Below, piece after piece: positions 35,967 through 46,128 of a stretch of 64,000 nucleotides of DNA (position 1 is the stretch's first letter; each line of letters opens with the position of its first letter). The DNA comes from Gemmatimonadales bacterium (lineage in GTDB: Bacteria; Gemmatimonadota; Gemmatimonadetes; Gemmatimonadales; GWC2-71-9): NCBI GenBank assembly GCA_041613315.1, contig JBFJHJ010000003.1, positions 50,026 to 114,025 of the forward strand, in the 5' to 3' direction. Under the pieces are notes generated by a model. It worked only from the letters and a program-made list of their open reading frames with translations. It searched no databases and was not told where the DNA came from. Both the position numbers and the translations under genes were made by a program.

Positions 35967-37720
35967 CGCGCCCCCGGCGGGCGACCGCTCTCGCCGCCGC
36001 CTGCGCTCTCGGCTTCCTCTGCACTACGGTTACCGGCCTCGCCCAGGACACGACCCGCGTCCAGGCCGATACCAGCCGACCCGCCCGCACCACGCCACCG
36101 CCGGAGCCGGCGGCCACGCCGGCCGGTCCGCTCGCGCCGGGGTCCCGCATGACCTTCACCCGGGACTCGCTGGTGTGGTCGGGCGCGCAGACGCTGGCGG
36201 ATCTGCTGGGCAGGATTCCCGGCGTCCACGTCGCCCGTGCCGGTTTCCTCGGTCTTCCGGAGTATCTCCAGTACGGCGGCCGTGGCGGGTCGGCGCTCGA
36301 GGTGTTCTGGGACGGCGTACCGCTCGAGCCCCTCGGCACCGATTCCCTGTTCACCGACCCGGGGCGGATTCCCCTGAGCTACCTCGACCGCGTGGACGTC
36401 GAGGTGCTCCCGGCGGCGCTCCGCGTGCACCTCGTCTCCGAACGCCACAGTGGGCTCGAGCCCCGCACCATGGTGCGGATCATGTCGGGGGCCTTCCGCA
36501 CCGGTGCCTACGTGGGGCTGTTCCAGCAGCGCTGGCCGAGCGGCATCGGGTTGAGCTTGGCGGGCGATTTCTTCGGGACGGACGGGTCGGCCGGACCCGG
36601 CCGGAGCGACCAGCGGTTTGACCTCTGGGCGAAGCTTGGCTGGCACCCGACGCCTCGCGTCGGCATGACCTACCAGCTCCGGCGACAGGACCATACCCGC
36701 ACCGTCGTGAACAGTCCCACCGGCGCGCTGGCCGTGCCGCGGAGCGATGGGACACGGACGGACGTCTTGTTCGCCATCGGGGCCGGCACGGCACCGCGAG
36801 GGCGGGGCGTGCGCGTGGACTTCGGGCTCGCGGCGAGCTCGTGGTCGTCCGACTCGGGGCTCGGGGTACCGGACCAGCAGTACCGCCAGGCGCATCTCGG
36901 CATGCGCGTCGCACAATCGACCTGGAGCGCCGAGGTCCGCGGCCGCGTCGCCGATGCCCGCACGCCGTATCAGCTGCAGGGGCGGGCGGGGTGGGTGCTG
37001 CTCCCCGGCGTCATCGTGAGCGGCGACGTGGACTGGCGGCGCCACGACGGCGGCCGGACCTCCGTCACCTTGCATGGCGCCGCCGGCCTCTACCGGGGCC
37101 CCCTGTCGATCGTGGCGGAGGCCGCGCGGCGTGACGCCGTGCAGACGGCGGCGCTTCGCGACGACGCGCCGATCCTGACGACCGACCAGGCCGTGCGGGT
37201 CGGGCTCGAAACCGGCCCCCTCGGCGGGCGGGTCGCCCTCGTTCGGCGTGACGCTTTCGCTCCGCTCGCGTACCCCGATCTGCGCCTGATCCCGACGCTC
37301 GCGCCCTCGCCGGCAGCGACGTTCGTGGTGGCGTCGGCCTACATCCGTCCCAGTTCCGCGCTCACGCTCTCGGCGTGGTACGCCGACCCCGTCGAGGGAA
37401 CGGCCGCGGGCCTGGAACCGCCGCGCCACGCCCGGGGGGAGATCACGCTGCGCTCCAAGTTCTGGCGCACGTTTCGCAGCGGGGCGTTCGACCTGAAGCT
37501 CACGGCGGCCATGGAATCGTGGAGCGCGGGGGCCGCCGGCGGGGCGGTCCCGCTCCCGGGGGCGACCTTCTACGAGATGTCCGTCCAGTTCCAGATCGTG
37601 GGGTTCGTCGGGTTCTGGGATCTCCGCAACGTGCGGCTGACCGACGCGGGCTACGTGCCGGGGCTGCCCTATCCCGGCAATGCCCAGACGTTCGGCGTGC
37701 GGTGGGAGTTCTCCAATTGA
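35963..37720 (+). CDS. TonB-dependent receptor-like outer membrane protein (plug plus beta-barrel)
   Basis: signal peptide, LADLL..IPG, DGVP, LDRVDVE plug motifs; C-terminal FGVRWEF. Confidence 0.75.
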   Translation: MTRPRRATALAAACALGFLCTTVTGLAQDTTRVQADTSRPARTTPPPEPAATPAGPLAPGSRMTFTRDSLVWSGAQTLADLLGRIPGVHVARAGFLGLPEYLQYGGRGGSALEVFWDGVPLEPLGTDSLFTDPGRIPLSYLDRVDVEVLPAALRVHLVSERHSGLEPRTMVRIMSGAFRTGAYVGLFQQRWPSGIGLSLAGDFFGTDGSAGPGRSDQRFDLWAKLGWHPTPRVGMTYQLRRQDHTRTVVNSPTGALAVPRSDGTRTDVLFAIGAGTAPRGRGVRVDFGLAASSWSSDSGLGVPDQQYRQAHLGMRVAQSTWSAEVRGRVADARTPYQLQGRAGWVLLPGVIVSGDVDWRRHDGGRTSVTLHGAAGLYRGPLSIVAEAARRDAVQTAALRDDAPILTTDQAVRVGLETGPLGGRVALVRRDAFAPLAYPDLRLIPTLAPSPAATFVVASAYIRPSSALTLSAWYADPVEGTAAGLEPPRHARGEITLRSKFWRTFRSGAFDLKLTAAMESWSAGAAGGAVPLPGATFYEMSVQFQIVGFVGFWDLRNVRLTDAGYVPGLPYPGNAQTFGVRWEFSN

Positions 37721-37805
37721 CGTACCACAGGCGGCTCGGTTTTGACCGGCGTCCGGGCCCTCACTAGGTTTGGCACCCGAGGACGGATCCGGAGCGAGTG
37801 ACGAC

Positions 37806-38681
37806 GTGCCGAAGTCCATGACCGGCTACGGGGCGGCGGACGGGACGGTGAGCGGGGGACAGCTCGCCGTGGAGATCCGCACGGTGAATCACCGGCATCT
37901 CAACGTCCACTTCAAGCTCCCGGGAGAGCTCCAACCGCTGGAACCCGACCTCCGCGCACAACTCAAGGCCCGGCTGGAGCGGGGCCACGTCTCGCTGAGC
38001 ACGCGCTGGCTCGTGCGGACGCCGGCGGTAGCCACCGTCCGCGTCGATCTCGACCGCGCCCGCGCTGTCGTCGAGGCGCTACGCGAGTTGCGAGCCGCCC
38101 TGGAGCTGCCGGGCGAGCTGGACCTCGGCTTCGTGGCGCGTCAACCCGATGTGTTCACGAGCGGTCTCGAGGAGGCCGTGGACGTCGATCGCAGCGAGGT
38201 CGCGGCGCTCGTGGACCGCGCGCTCGACGGCGTGATCGAGATGCGGGTGCGGGAAGGGGCGGCCCTCAGCACAGAGCTGGAGAGCCGGCTCGCGGCGATC
38301 GACCAGCGGCTTCGCCTCGTGGAGGACCGGGCGCCGGCGCGCCTCGTGGCGGAGCGCGAGCGACTCCGCGCCGCGGTGGGCGCGCTCCTGGACGGCGCGC
38401 CCGTCGACGCGGCCCGCCTCGACCACGAGATCGCGCTGCTCGCCGACAAGCTCGACGTCACGGAGGAGATCGTCCGGCTTCGGACCCACCTGGCGGCAGC
38501 GCGGGAGGCCCTGGCGAGTGACGGCACGGTCGGCCGGCAACTCGCGTTCCTCGGTCAGGAGATGCTGCGCGAGATCAACACGATCGGCGCCAAGGCCAAC
38601 GATGCGACGATTGCCCAGCACGTGATCGCCATGAAGGGGGACCTGGAGAAGTACCGCGAGCAGGTGGAAAACGTGGAGTGA
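37806..38681 (+). CDS. yicC: YicC/YloC family endoribonuclease
   Basis: SMTGYG, VNHRHL, DVTEEIVRL, REINTIGAK, REQVENVE; promoter TTGACC-17-TAGGTT at 37742-37770. Confidence 0.93.
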   Translation: MPKSMTGYGAADGTVSGGQLAVEIRTVNHRHLNVHFKLPGELQPLEPDLRAQLKARLERGHVSLSTRWLVRTPAVATVRVDLDRARAVVEALRELRAALELPGELDLGFVARQPDVFTSGLEEAVDVDRSEVAALVDRALDGVIEMRVREGAALSTELESRLAAIDQRLRLVEDRAPARLVAERERLRAAVGALLDGAPVDAARLDHEIALLADKLDVTEEIVRLRTHLAAAREALASDGTVGRQLAFLGQEMLREINTIGAKANDATIAQHVIAMKGDLEKYREQVENVE

Positions 38682-39322
38682 CACCCTTCCTGCTCATCCT
38701 CTCCTCGCCGTCGGGCGGGGGAAAGACGACGATCGCCCGGACGCTCCTGGCGGCCCGCGACGACCTGGGGTACAGCGTCTCGGCCACCACGCGGTCGCCG
38801 CGTCCCGGTGAGCGGGACGGCGTGGACTATCACTACCTGACGGTCGAGGCGTTCGCGCGGCGAGAGGCGGCCGGGGAGTTCCTCGAGTCGGCCGAGTACA
38901 GCGGACACCGTTACGCGACGCTGCGCGCCGAGGTCGAGCGGGTGCTGGGGGAGAACCGGCACGTAGTGCTGGACATCGAGGTGCAGGGCGCCCGGCAGAT
39001 CCGTGCGCGCCGCGAAGACGTCGTGAGTATCTTTATCCTGCCGCCGTCCGCCGAGGCGCTGCTGGAGCGACTCGGGGGGCGCCGGTCGGACCGACCGGAG
39101 GCCGTCCGGCGGCGCCTCCGCCAGGCCGTGCAGGAGGTCGGGCAGGCGCTGACGTACGACTACGTCGTGATCAATGACGACCGGGCGCAAGCGGTCTCAG
39201 AGGTCGCTACGATCATCGATGCGGAAGCCCGCCGGACGCGCCGGCTTCCGGATCTGAAGGACACGATCGCACAGTTGACCGCGGAGTTGGCCCGTCTCGC
39301 CGACGGGCTGTCCGCCCCATAG
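38678..39322 (+). CDS. gmk: guanylate kinase
   Basis: SPSGGGKTT, SATTR.PRPGE.DGVDY, IEVQGA. Confidence 0.96.
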   Translation: MTPFLLILSSPSGGGKTTIARTLLAARDDLGYSVSATTRSPRPGERDGVDYHYLTVEAFARREAAGEFLESAEYSGHRYATLRAEVERVLGENRHVVLDIEVQGARQIRARREDVVSIFILPPSAEALLERLGGRRSDRPEAVRRRLRQAVQEVGQALTYDYVVINDDRAQAVSEVATIIDAEARRTRRLPDLKDTIAQLTAELARLADGLSAP

Positions 39323-39331
39323 GAGCACACG

Positions 39332-39541
39332 ATGCGGATTATCACCCCCACCGAAGTGGCGAACCGCGCGGGCAACAAGTACTTGGGCGTGCTGGTCGCC
39401 GCGAAGTTCGCCCGCTTTCTGAACGACTTCCCGCGCGACCGCTCGCTCGAGGAGAAAAAGCTGACGACGCGTTCCCTCGAAAACCTCACCTCGGGTGAGC
39501 TGACCTACCGCCTCGTGCGGCGACGCCGCCAGGAAACGTGA
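39332..39541 (+). CDS. rpoZ: RNA polymerase omega subunit
   Basis: NKY..V..AAK.AR pattern; gmk-rpoZ-coaBC synteny. Confidence 0.85.
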   Translation: MRIITPTEVANRAGNKYLGVLVAAKFARFLNDFPRDRSLEEKKLTTRSLENLTSGELTYRLVRRRRQET

Positions 39542-40731
39542 CGCTCGCCGGCCGGCGCGTCGTCCTGGGCGTGTCGGGCGGGATTGCGAGCTACAAGGCC
39601 TGCACGATCGCCCGGCGGCTCACTGAAGCGGGCGCGGCGGTGGAGGTGGTGCTCACGGCGGCCGCGGGGGAGTTCGTCCGGCCCGTGACGTTCGAAGCAC
39701 TCACCGGGCGCCCGGTCCTGACTTCCTTCTGGGAGCGGGGTCGGGCGCTCGCGCATGTGCACCTGGCCCGTGAGGCGGAGTTGACCATCGTAGCCCCGGC
39801 CACCGCGAACCTCCTGGCCCGGACCGCCCAGGGGCTCGCGGACGATCTGCTGACGGCCATCCTGTTGGCGACGCGGGGGCCCGTGCTCGCGGCGCCGGCG
39901 ATGAACGACGACATGTACGCCCATCCAGCCACGCAAGCCAACATCGCCACGCTCACCGGCCGAGGGTGGACCATGGTGGGGCCGGCGGTGGGGGCGCTCG
40001 CCGAGGGTCCCAGTGACCGGCCGGGACGGATGGTCGAGCCCGACGAGATCATCGCGCATGCGGAGCGCCTGCTCCGCGCACCCTCGAGCGCCCTCCGCGG
40101 CAAGCGCGTGCTGGTCACGGCGGGTCCGACGCGGGAGCATCTCGATGCAGTGCGGGTGATCACGAATCCGTCCAGCGGGCGGATGGGGTACGCCCTGGCC
40201 ACCGCCGCGTTCGCGCGGGGTGCCGACGTGGTGCTCGTCTCGGGACCGACGACGTTGCCGGCGCCCCTGGGCGTCGAGCTCGTTCGGATCGCGTCCACCG
40301 AGGAGCTCCGTGACGCGGTCGCGAGCCGCGTGGGCGAGGCGGATGTGTTGATCATGGCCGCCGCGCCCGCCGACTTCCGTCCCGCACAGCGACGGCGTGG
40401 GAAGGCGGCGCGAACCGATGGCGGGGTTGCGCTCGACCTCGAGCCGACGCCCGACGTTCTGGAAAGCACCGCGCCCGCCCGGCGCAACGGAATCGTCACG
40501 GTCGGGTTCGCCCTCGAGACGGACGAGGGCCTGGAGCGGGCGCGGGCGAAGCTCGACCGCAAGCGCCTCGATCTCATCGTGCTGAACCGGGCAAACGAGA
40601 TCGGCAGCGGCTTCGAGACGGAGACCAACCGCGTGACGCTGATTTCGGCCGACGGAACCCGCGAGCTCGACCTGCTCCCCAAGCGGGAGGTCGCGGAACG
40701 GGTGCTCGACGCCGTCGAGGGGCGTCTGTGA
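39538..40731 (+). CDS. coaBC: phosphopantothenoylcysteine decarboxylase/ligase
   Basis: GGIASYK, APATAN, APAMN, TAGPTRE.LD.VR.ITN.SSGRMG, VGFALET. Confidence 0.96.
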   Translation: MTLAGRRVVLGVSGGIASYKACTIARRLTEAGAAVEVVLTAAAGEFVRPVTFEALTGRPVLTSFWERGRALAHVHLAREAELTIVAPATANLLARTAQGLADDLLTAILLATRGPVLAAPAMNDDMYAHPATQANIATLTGRGWTMVGPAVGALAEGPSDRPGRMVEPDEIIAHAERLLRAPSSALRGKRVLVTAGPTREHLDAVRVITNPSSGRMGYALATAAFARGADVVLVSGPTTLPAPLGVELVRIASTEELRDAVASRVGEADVLIMAAAPADFRPAQRRRGKAARTDGGVALDLEPTPDVLESTAPARRNGIVTVGFALETDEGLERARAKLDRKRLDLIVLNRANEIGSGFETETNRVTLISADGTRELDLLPKREVAERVLDAVEGRL

Positions 40732-41609
40732 CCGAGGCCCGCCGCTTGCTCGCGCGTTACCTCGAGCAGCGCGACGCCATGGCGGAGGGGCGGGTGGTCG
40801 TACCGGCCGCCGCACCCCGCGCCTCGACCTCGGAGGCCGGGCGGATAGGCGGTCAGCGGCAGGATCGCGCGAACGTCGCCCACGCCGCTCAAGCATCCGG
40901 GCCGCCCGGCCGCCCGGCCGCGCGTCCAGCGGACCGCGCGAGCGGGGACGCGGAGAGCGGCGCCCGCACCAAATGGAAACGGGGTGCCCCGCCGATTCCT
41001 GAACGCGGGCTCGTGATCGAGGCACCCGAGCGGGATCTCTTCAAGACGGACCCACTCGGGCGCGCGTCCCTCGAGGACGTCGCGGCGATCGTGCGCGCGT
41101 GCACGAAATGCCGCCTGTGTGAGGACCGGGCCCACGCCGTCCCCGGCGAAGGGCCGAGCGACGCGCGGCTCGTGGTCGTCGGCGAAGGCCCGGGCGCCGT
41201 CGAGGACGAGACGGGCCGGCCATTCGTTGGGCGCGCGGGCGAGCTCCTCACCGAGATCTTGGCCGCGATCAACCTTCCGCGGGAAGCCGTGTTCATCTGC
41301 AACATCGTGAAGTGCCGGCCGCCGAACAATCGCAAGCCCGCACACGACGAGATCGAGGCGTGCGTGACCTACCTGTACCGACAGCTTGATATCCTCCGGC
41401 CCAAGGTGATACTAGCAATGGGTGGGACGGCGGCCGAAACGCTGCTCGACACCAAGCAGTCACTCGGTGCGCTGCGGAATCGCGTGCACACGTTCCGCGG
41501 CACCCCGCTCGTCGTGACCTACCACCCGGCCGCGCTGCTCCGCAACCCCAACTGGAAGAAGCCCACGTGGGATGACGTCCGTATCGCACGCCAGCTCCTC
41601 GATCAGTAG
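40728..41609 (+). CDS. uracil-DNA glycosylase family 4 (Fe-S)
   Basis: CTKCRLC, GEGPG..ED..GRPFVG, KCRPP.NR, TYHPAALLRN. Confidence 0.93.
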   Translation: MTEARRLLARYLEQRDAMAEGRVVVPAAAPRASTSEAGRIGGQRQDRANVAHAAQASGPPGRPAARPADRASGDAESGARTKWKRGAPPIPERGLVIEAPERDLFKTDPLGRASLEDVAAIVRACTKCRLCEDRAHAVPGEGPSDARLVVVGEGPGAVEDETGRPFVGRAGELLTEILAAINLPREAVFICNIVKCRPPNNRKPAHDEIEACVTYLYRQLDILRPKVILAMGGTAAETLLDTKQSLGALRNRVHTFRGTPLVVTYHPAALLRNPNWKKPTWDDVRIARQLLDQ

Positions 41610-42984
41610 CGGCGATCCGCTCGCCGGGCGCTCGACGCCGTGGAGTGAGGACGCCGAGCAGGCCGTGCTCGGGGCCATGCTGCTCGACGCCGACGCCGCG
41701 CTGAAGGCGGTGGAGTTGTTGGACGACGTCGCGTTCTATCGCGATGCCCATCGGCGCATCTTCCGCGCCATGGTGCAACTCGTGGAGCGGCACGACGTTG
41801 TGGATCCCGTCATGCTGCGGGACGAGCTGGCGCGGACCGGCGATCTCGAAGCGGCGGGGGGCACCGACGCCATCGCCGAGCTGCTGGACGTCGTGCCGAC
41901 CGCCGCGAACATCGAGTACCACGGTCGGATCGTCAAAGAGAAAGCGCTGCGGCGGCGCCTCATCGATGTGGGCACCGGGATCGTGCAGACGGCCTACGAG
42001 AGCCCGCAGGAGATCGGGTCGCTACTCGACGAGGCGGAGCAACGGATCTTCGAAGTCTCCTTCCAGCGCGGTACCGAAGAGGTCGTCCGCATCAAAGAAC
42101 TCATGTGGAAGACGATGGAGCGCATTGAAGCGCGCCATCGCGGCGACGAATCGGTACGCGGGGTGCAGTCGGGGTTCACAGATTTGGACGCGAAGACCGA
42201 TGGCTTCCAGCGCAGCGACCTGATCATCGTGGCGGCGCGACCCTCGATGGGGAAGACCTCGTTCTGCCTCAATGTGGCGGCGAATGCCGCGCTGGAACAT
42301 CAGGTCCCGACGGCCGTCTTCTCCTTGGAAATGTCGCGCGAGCAGCTCGTGGAACGCTTGCTCGCCGCAGAGGCGTTCGTGGATCTCTCACGCCTGCGCA
42401 GCGGACGCTTGCGAGACGACGACTATCCCAAGATCTCACGCGCGGCGGGGCTGCTGGGGACGGCGCCGATCTGGATTGACGACACCCCCGCCCTCACGCT
42501 GCTCGAGCTCCGATCCAAAGCAAGACGACTCAAGGCGGAGCACCACATCGGCATCTACGTCGTGGACTACCTCCAGCTGCTACGCGGGCCCGCGCGGACC
42601 GAGAATCGGCAGGAAGAGATCAGCTTCATCTCGCGCTCGTTGAAGGCCCTGGCGCGGGAGCTCGAGACACCCGTCGTCGCGCTCTCGCAGCTCTCCCGCG
42701 CTCCCGAGCAACGCGGCGGCGACCGGCGCCCGGTGCTCTCCGACCTGCGCGACTCGGGAGCCATCGAGCAAGACGCGGACCTCGTGATGTTCATCTACCG
42801 CGCGGAGATGTATCCGTCGCTGCTGGAACGGGGCGGCGACCACGTCCAGGAGGGCACAGCGGAGCTGATGCTGGCCAAGCACCGCAACGGTCCTACCGGA
42901 ACGATCAAGCTGGCGTTCCACAAGCAGTACACCCGGTTCGACAACTACACGGATCGCGAGCCTGAGGGGGCGGGTGGCCCGTAA
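41572..42984 (+). CDS. dnaB: replicative DNA helicase
   Basis: AEQAVLG, AARPSMGKT, DYLQL, SQLSR, DLRDSGAIEQDAD, KHRNGPTG. Confidence 0.97.
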   Translation: MTSVSHASSSISSGDPLAGRSTPWSEDAEQAVLGAMLLDADAALKAVELLDDVAFYRDAHRRIFRAMVQLVERHDVVDPVMLRDELARTGDLEAAGGTDAIAELLDVVPTAANIEYHGRIVKEKALRRRLIDVGTGIVQTAYESPQEIGSLLDEAEQRIFEVSFQRGTEEVVRIKELMWKTMERIEARHRGDESVRGVQSGFTDLDAKTDGFQRSDLIIVAARPSMGKTSFCLNVAANAALEHQVPTAVFSLEMSREQLVERLLAAEAFVDLSRLRSGRLRDDDYPKISRAAGLLGTAPIWIDDTPALTLLELRSKARRLKAEHHIGIYVVDYLQLLRGPARTENRQEEISFISRSLKALARELETPVVALSQLSRAPEQRGGDRRPVLSDLRDSGAIEQDADLVMFIYRAEMYPSLLERGGDHVQEGTAELMLAKHRNGPTGTIKLAFHKQYTRFDNYTDREPEGAGGP

Positions 42985-44329
42985 ACCCCGCTCCGTGTAC
43001 CGCTGTGCCGATTGCGGGGCCGAGCACCCGAAGTGGGCCGGCCGCTGCGACGCGTGTGGGGCGTGGAACACGCTGGTGGAAGAACCGCTGGGCCGGACAG
43101 GCGGTCCGGTGGGGCGAGCCGGCGAGCCGACCGATCGACCGCCCGTTCGCCTTTCCGACATACCGGGGACGGGCTTGGCGCGGTGGACCACCGGCCTGGA
43201 CGAGTTCGATTTCGTCACGGGCGGTGGACTCGTCCCGGGGTCGGTGACGCTGGTGGGCGGCGAGCCCGGCATCGGCAAGTCCACGCTGCTCCTTCAATGC
43301 GCCGCCCGCCTGCAGGCGAGCGGCGTCCCCGCGCTCTACGTGTCCGGCGAAGAGTCGGTCGAACAGCTGCGGCTCCGAGCGGACCGCCTGCCCGAGGATG
43401 CGGGGAAACTGCACGTGCTCGCTGAGGTGCGCCTCGAGGCGGTCACGGCGGCGGCGACCGCGGTAGGGGCTCGCGTCGTCGTCGTGGACTCCATCCAGAC
43501 GACCTACACCGAGACGCTGGAAGGCGCGCCCGGGAACGTCGGTCAGGTGCGGGAGTGCGCCGCACGGCTGCTGCGCCTCGCCAAGGAAACCGGTGCCGCG
43601 GTCGTGCTCGTGGGCCATGTGACGCGGGGCGGCGTCATTGCCGGCCCCAAGACGCTCGAACATGTCGTGGACACGGTCCTGTACTTCGAGGGCGAAGCGA
43701 GCGGCGACTTCCGCATCCTGCGGGCCGTGAAGAATCGCTTCGGGTCCGTGGCTGAGGTGGGTGTGTTTGCCATGACGCCGAACGGCCTGGTCCCGGTCCC
43801 CAACCCGTCCGCGGCGTTCCTGGCCGGCCGCAGCGCCGAGAGTCCGGGCTCGGCGGTGACCGCTCTCATGGAGGGGACCCGGCCGGTGCTCGTCGAGATC
43901 CAGGCGCTGGCCGCCAAGAGTGGGTACGGCACGCCCCAGCGCGTCGCGACCGGACTGGATCACCGGCGGCTCGCGGTACTGCTCGCGGTCCTCGAGCGCC
44001 GCGCGGGCACGCCGTTTACTGACCTCGACGTCTTCGTCAACGTCACCGGCGGCGTGCGCCTCTCCGAGCCGGCGTCGGACCTCGCGGTCGTGGCTGCCCT
44101 GTGTTCCAGCGTTCGCGACCGTCCGGTCCCAAGCGATGCGCTCTTCCTCGGCGAGATCGGCTTGGGAGGGGAGGTGCGACCCGTCGGGAGCGTCGATCGT
44201 CGGCTCACCGAAGCCGATCGCCTCGGCTTTCGCACCGCGTATCTCTCCGCGAGGAGCCGGGTCAGTGCCTCCGTGACCACCGTTCCCATCTCGCATGTCG
44301 CGGAGCTCGCCCGTCGGATCGCCGCCTGA
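42974..44329 (+). CDS. radA: DNA repair protein RadA/Sms
   Basis: C..CG...W.GRC..C zinc finger, GEPGIGKST, KNRFG. Confidence 0.97.
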   Translation: MARKPRSVYRCADCGAEHPKWAGRCDACGAWNTLVEEPLGRTGGPVGRAGEPTDRPPVRLSDIPGTGLARWTTGLDEFDFVTGGGLVPGSVTLVGGEPGIGKSTLLLQCAARLQASGVPALYVSGEESVEQLRLRADRLPEDAGKLHVLAEVRLEAVTAAATAVGARVVVVDSIQTTYTETLEGAPGNVGQVRECAARLLRLAKETGAAVVLVGHVTRGGVIAGPKTLEHVVDTVLYFEGEASGDFRILRAVKNRFGSVAEVGVFAMTPNGLVPVPNPSAAFLAGRSAESPGSAVTALMEGTRPVLVEIQALAAKSGYGTPQRVATGLDHRRLAVLLAVLERRAGTPFTDLDVFVNVTGGVRLSEPASDLAVVAALCSSVRDRPVPSDALFLGEIGLGGEVRPVGSVDRRLTEADRLGFRTAYLSARSRVSASVTTVPISHVAELARRIAA

Positions 44330-45002
44330 CGTCGGCGTCCTGCTCCCGGCGGCGGGGCTTGGAGAGCGCGCGGGGGGCGGGACGCGCAAGCAGTTCCGTC
44401 CCGTCGCCGGCGTACCGTTGCTCCTGCGGAGCCTCCAACTCTTTGCCGGCCATCCGCGGGTGGCGGCCATCGTCGTGGCGCTCCCGCCCGCGGATGCCGA
44501 GCGACCTCCTCCCTGGTTGGCCGACGTCGCTGGCCCGCGCCTCCGCGTGGTGGCCGGCGGTGCAACGCGCGCCGCCTCGGTCGGTGCCGCGCTGGCCGCT
44601 CTGGACCCCGCTTGCCACATCGTGCTCGTGCACGACGCCGCACGCCCCTTCGTCGCCCGAGAAACGGTGGATGCCGTGATCGCGGCCGCGGCGCGGGGCG
44701 TTGGAGCGGTCGCGGCCGTACCCGTCTCGGACACGCTCAAACGCGCGCGCGGCGATGCTCGAGTGGTGGAAACCGTCGACCGCGCGGGCCTGTGGCGAGC
44801 CCAGACGCCCCAGGGCTTTCCGCGCCGAGTGTTGGAGGAGGCATACCGTCGGGCCGGAGCCAGTGCGCTCGAGGCCACCGACGACGCATTCCTGGTGGAA
44901 GCAGCCGGCCACCCCGTGGAGCTCGTCCTCGATACGAGCGACAATATCAAGATCACGACACCGGAGGACTTTGTGCTCGCCGAGGCCCTCGCGAACCGAT
45001 GA
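44295..45002 (+). CDS. ispD: 2-C-methyl-D-erythritol 4-phosphate cytidylyltransferase
   Basis: PAAG.G.R, KQF, VHDAARPF, AQTPQGF, NIKITT. Confidence 0.94.
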   Translation: MSRSSPVGSPPDVGVLLPAAGLGERAGGGTRKQFRPVAGVPLLLRSLQLFAGHPRVAAIVVALPPADAERPPPWLADVAGPRLRVVAGGATRAASVGAALAALDPACHIVLVHDAARPFVARETVDAVIAAAARGVGAVAAVPVSDTLKRARGDARVVETVDRAGLWRAQTPQGFPRRVLEEAYRRAGASALEATDDAFLVEAAGHPVELVLDTSDNIKITTPEDFVLAEALANR

Positions 45003-45652
45003 CCGTCCTGCCGTTCCGGGACAGCGGGGACGTCGAACGCGCCATCCCGATCGTGCGGGCGCACCTCGCGCGCGAAGGGGTGCTCGCGTATCCGACGGAG
45101 ACCGTCTACGGGTTGGGATGCCGGCCCCGCGCGTCCGATGTCGCGGTGCTCGCCCGTCTCAAGGGGCGGCGCACCGACAAGCCGTTTCTTCTGCTCGTCT
45201 CGGGGCGCGACATGGCCGAGGCCCACGGCCTCGTCTTGACCCCCGCCGCCAAGACGCTGGCCGACCATTTTTGGCCGGGACCGCTGACGCTGGTCCTCGC
45301 CGGCGGCGAAGGACGGCTTCCCGACGCACTGCGGGGTCCGGAGGGCGGGATCGCTGTCCGCTGGACCTCGCATGCCGGCATCGCCCGTCTCGTCGCGGCG
45401 CTCGGAGCGCCCATCACCTCCACGTCGGCGAACCGGCCGGGCGGTCCGACCGCGCCGGGGGTGGGCGCGATCCTCGAGACTTTCGGGGAGGCCGTGCGGG
45501 CGGGAACCCTCGTGATCCTGGACGGCGGTGTGCTCGGCAACGTGCCCCCGTCGACGGTCGTGGACTGCACGGGAGCGCTCCCACGACTCGTGCGCGAGGG
45601 GGCGATCCCGAGGAATGAGCTACGCGCGTCCGCCGGGAGTTTCGCCCCGTGA
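44999..45652 (+). CDS. tsaC: L-threonylcarbamoyladenylate synthase (YrdC/Sua5 family)
   Basis: YPTETVYGL, KGR, FWPGPLT, STSAN, PSTVVD. Confidence 0.93.
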   Translation: MTVLPFRDSGDVERAIPIVRAHLAREGVLAYPTETVYGLGCRPRASDVAVLARLKGRRTDKPFLLLVSGRDMAEAHGLVLTPAAKTLADHFWPGPLTLVLAGGEGRLPDALRGPEGGIAVRWTSHAGIARLVAALGAPITSTSANRPGGPTAPGVGAILETFGEAVRAGTLVILDGGVLGNVPPSTVVDCTGALPRLVREGAIPRNELRASAGSFAP

Positions 45653-46128
45653 CGCGTGTGCTCCTCGTGTGTACGGGCAACATCTGCCGGAGCCCGCTGG
45701 CGGAGGCAGTGATGCGGCGGGAGTTGAAGGACCGGGGGATCAGCGACGTCGCGGTGACGTCGGCAGGCACCGGGGCCTGGGATGGAGCGCCGGCGTCCGA
45801 GGGCGCCTATCTCGTCGCCCTGGAGCACGGGCTCGACCTCTCGAGCCACCGGGCGCGCCTCCTCACGCGCGACACGGTCCGCGACGCCGATGTGATCCTC
45901 ACCATGGCGCGGCACCATCGCGCCCGCGTCGACGAGCTCGGTGGACTGGGCTACACGTATGTGCTCGGGGAGTACGCCGGCCGCCCGAGTCGGGATGCCG
46001 AAGTGGCGGATCCTTTCGGGAGTGATCTGGAAGTCTACCGCGCGACCTTTGCGGAGCTCGACGACCTCGTGCGCAAGGTCATCGACCGGCTCCTGGCGGA
46101 TGTCGGCGATGCAGATCGGGACCAGTAG
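45649..46128 (+). CDS. low molecular weight protein phosphatase (PTP/YwlE family)
   Basis: CTGNICRS P-loop, SAGT, DPFG. Confidence 0.92.
   Translation: MTRVLLVCTGNICRSPLAEAVMRRELKDRGISDVAVTSAGTGAWDGAPASEGAYLVALEHGLDLSSHRARLLTRDTVRDADVILTMARHHRARVDELGGLGYTYVLGEYAGRPSRDAEVADPFGSDLEVYRATFAELDDLVRKVIDRLLADVGDADRDQ

Noticed and set aside
42905..45373. 822 aa minus-strand ORF, and similar long ORFs such as 9524-11452 (+), 29064-31196 (-), 35834-37819 (-), 12579-14471 (-)
   Set aside because: Shadow frames of well-supported genes; long stop-free antisense and shifted frames are expected at this GC content and show no family motifs
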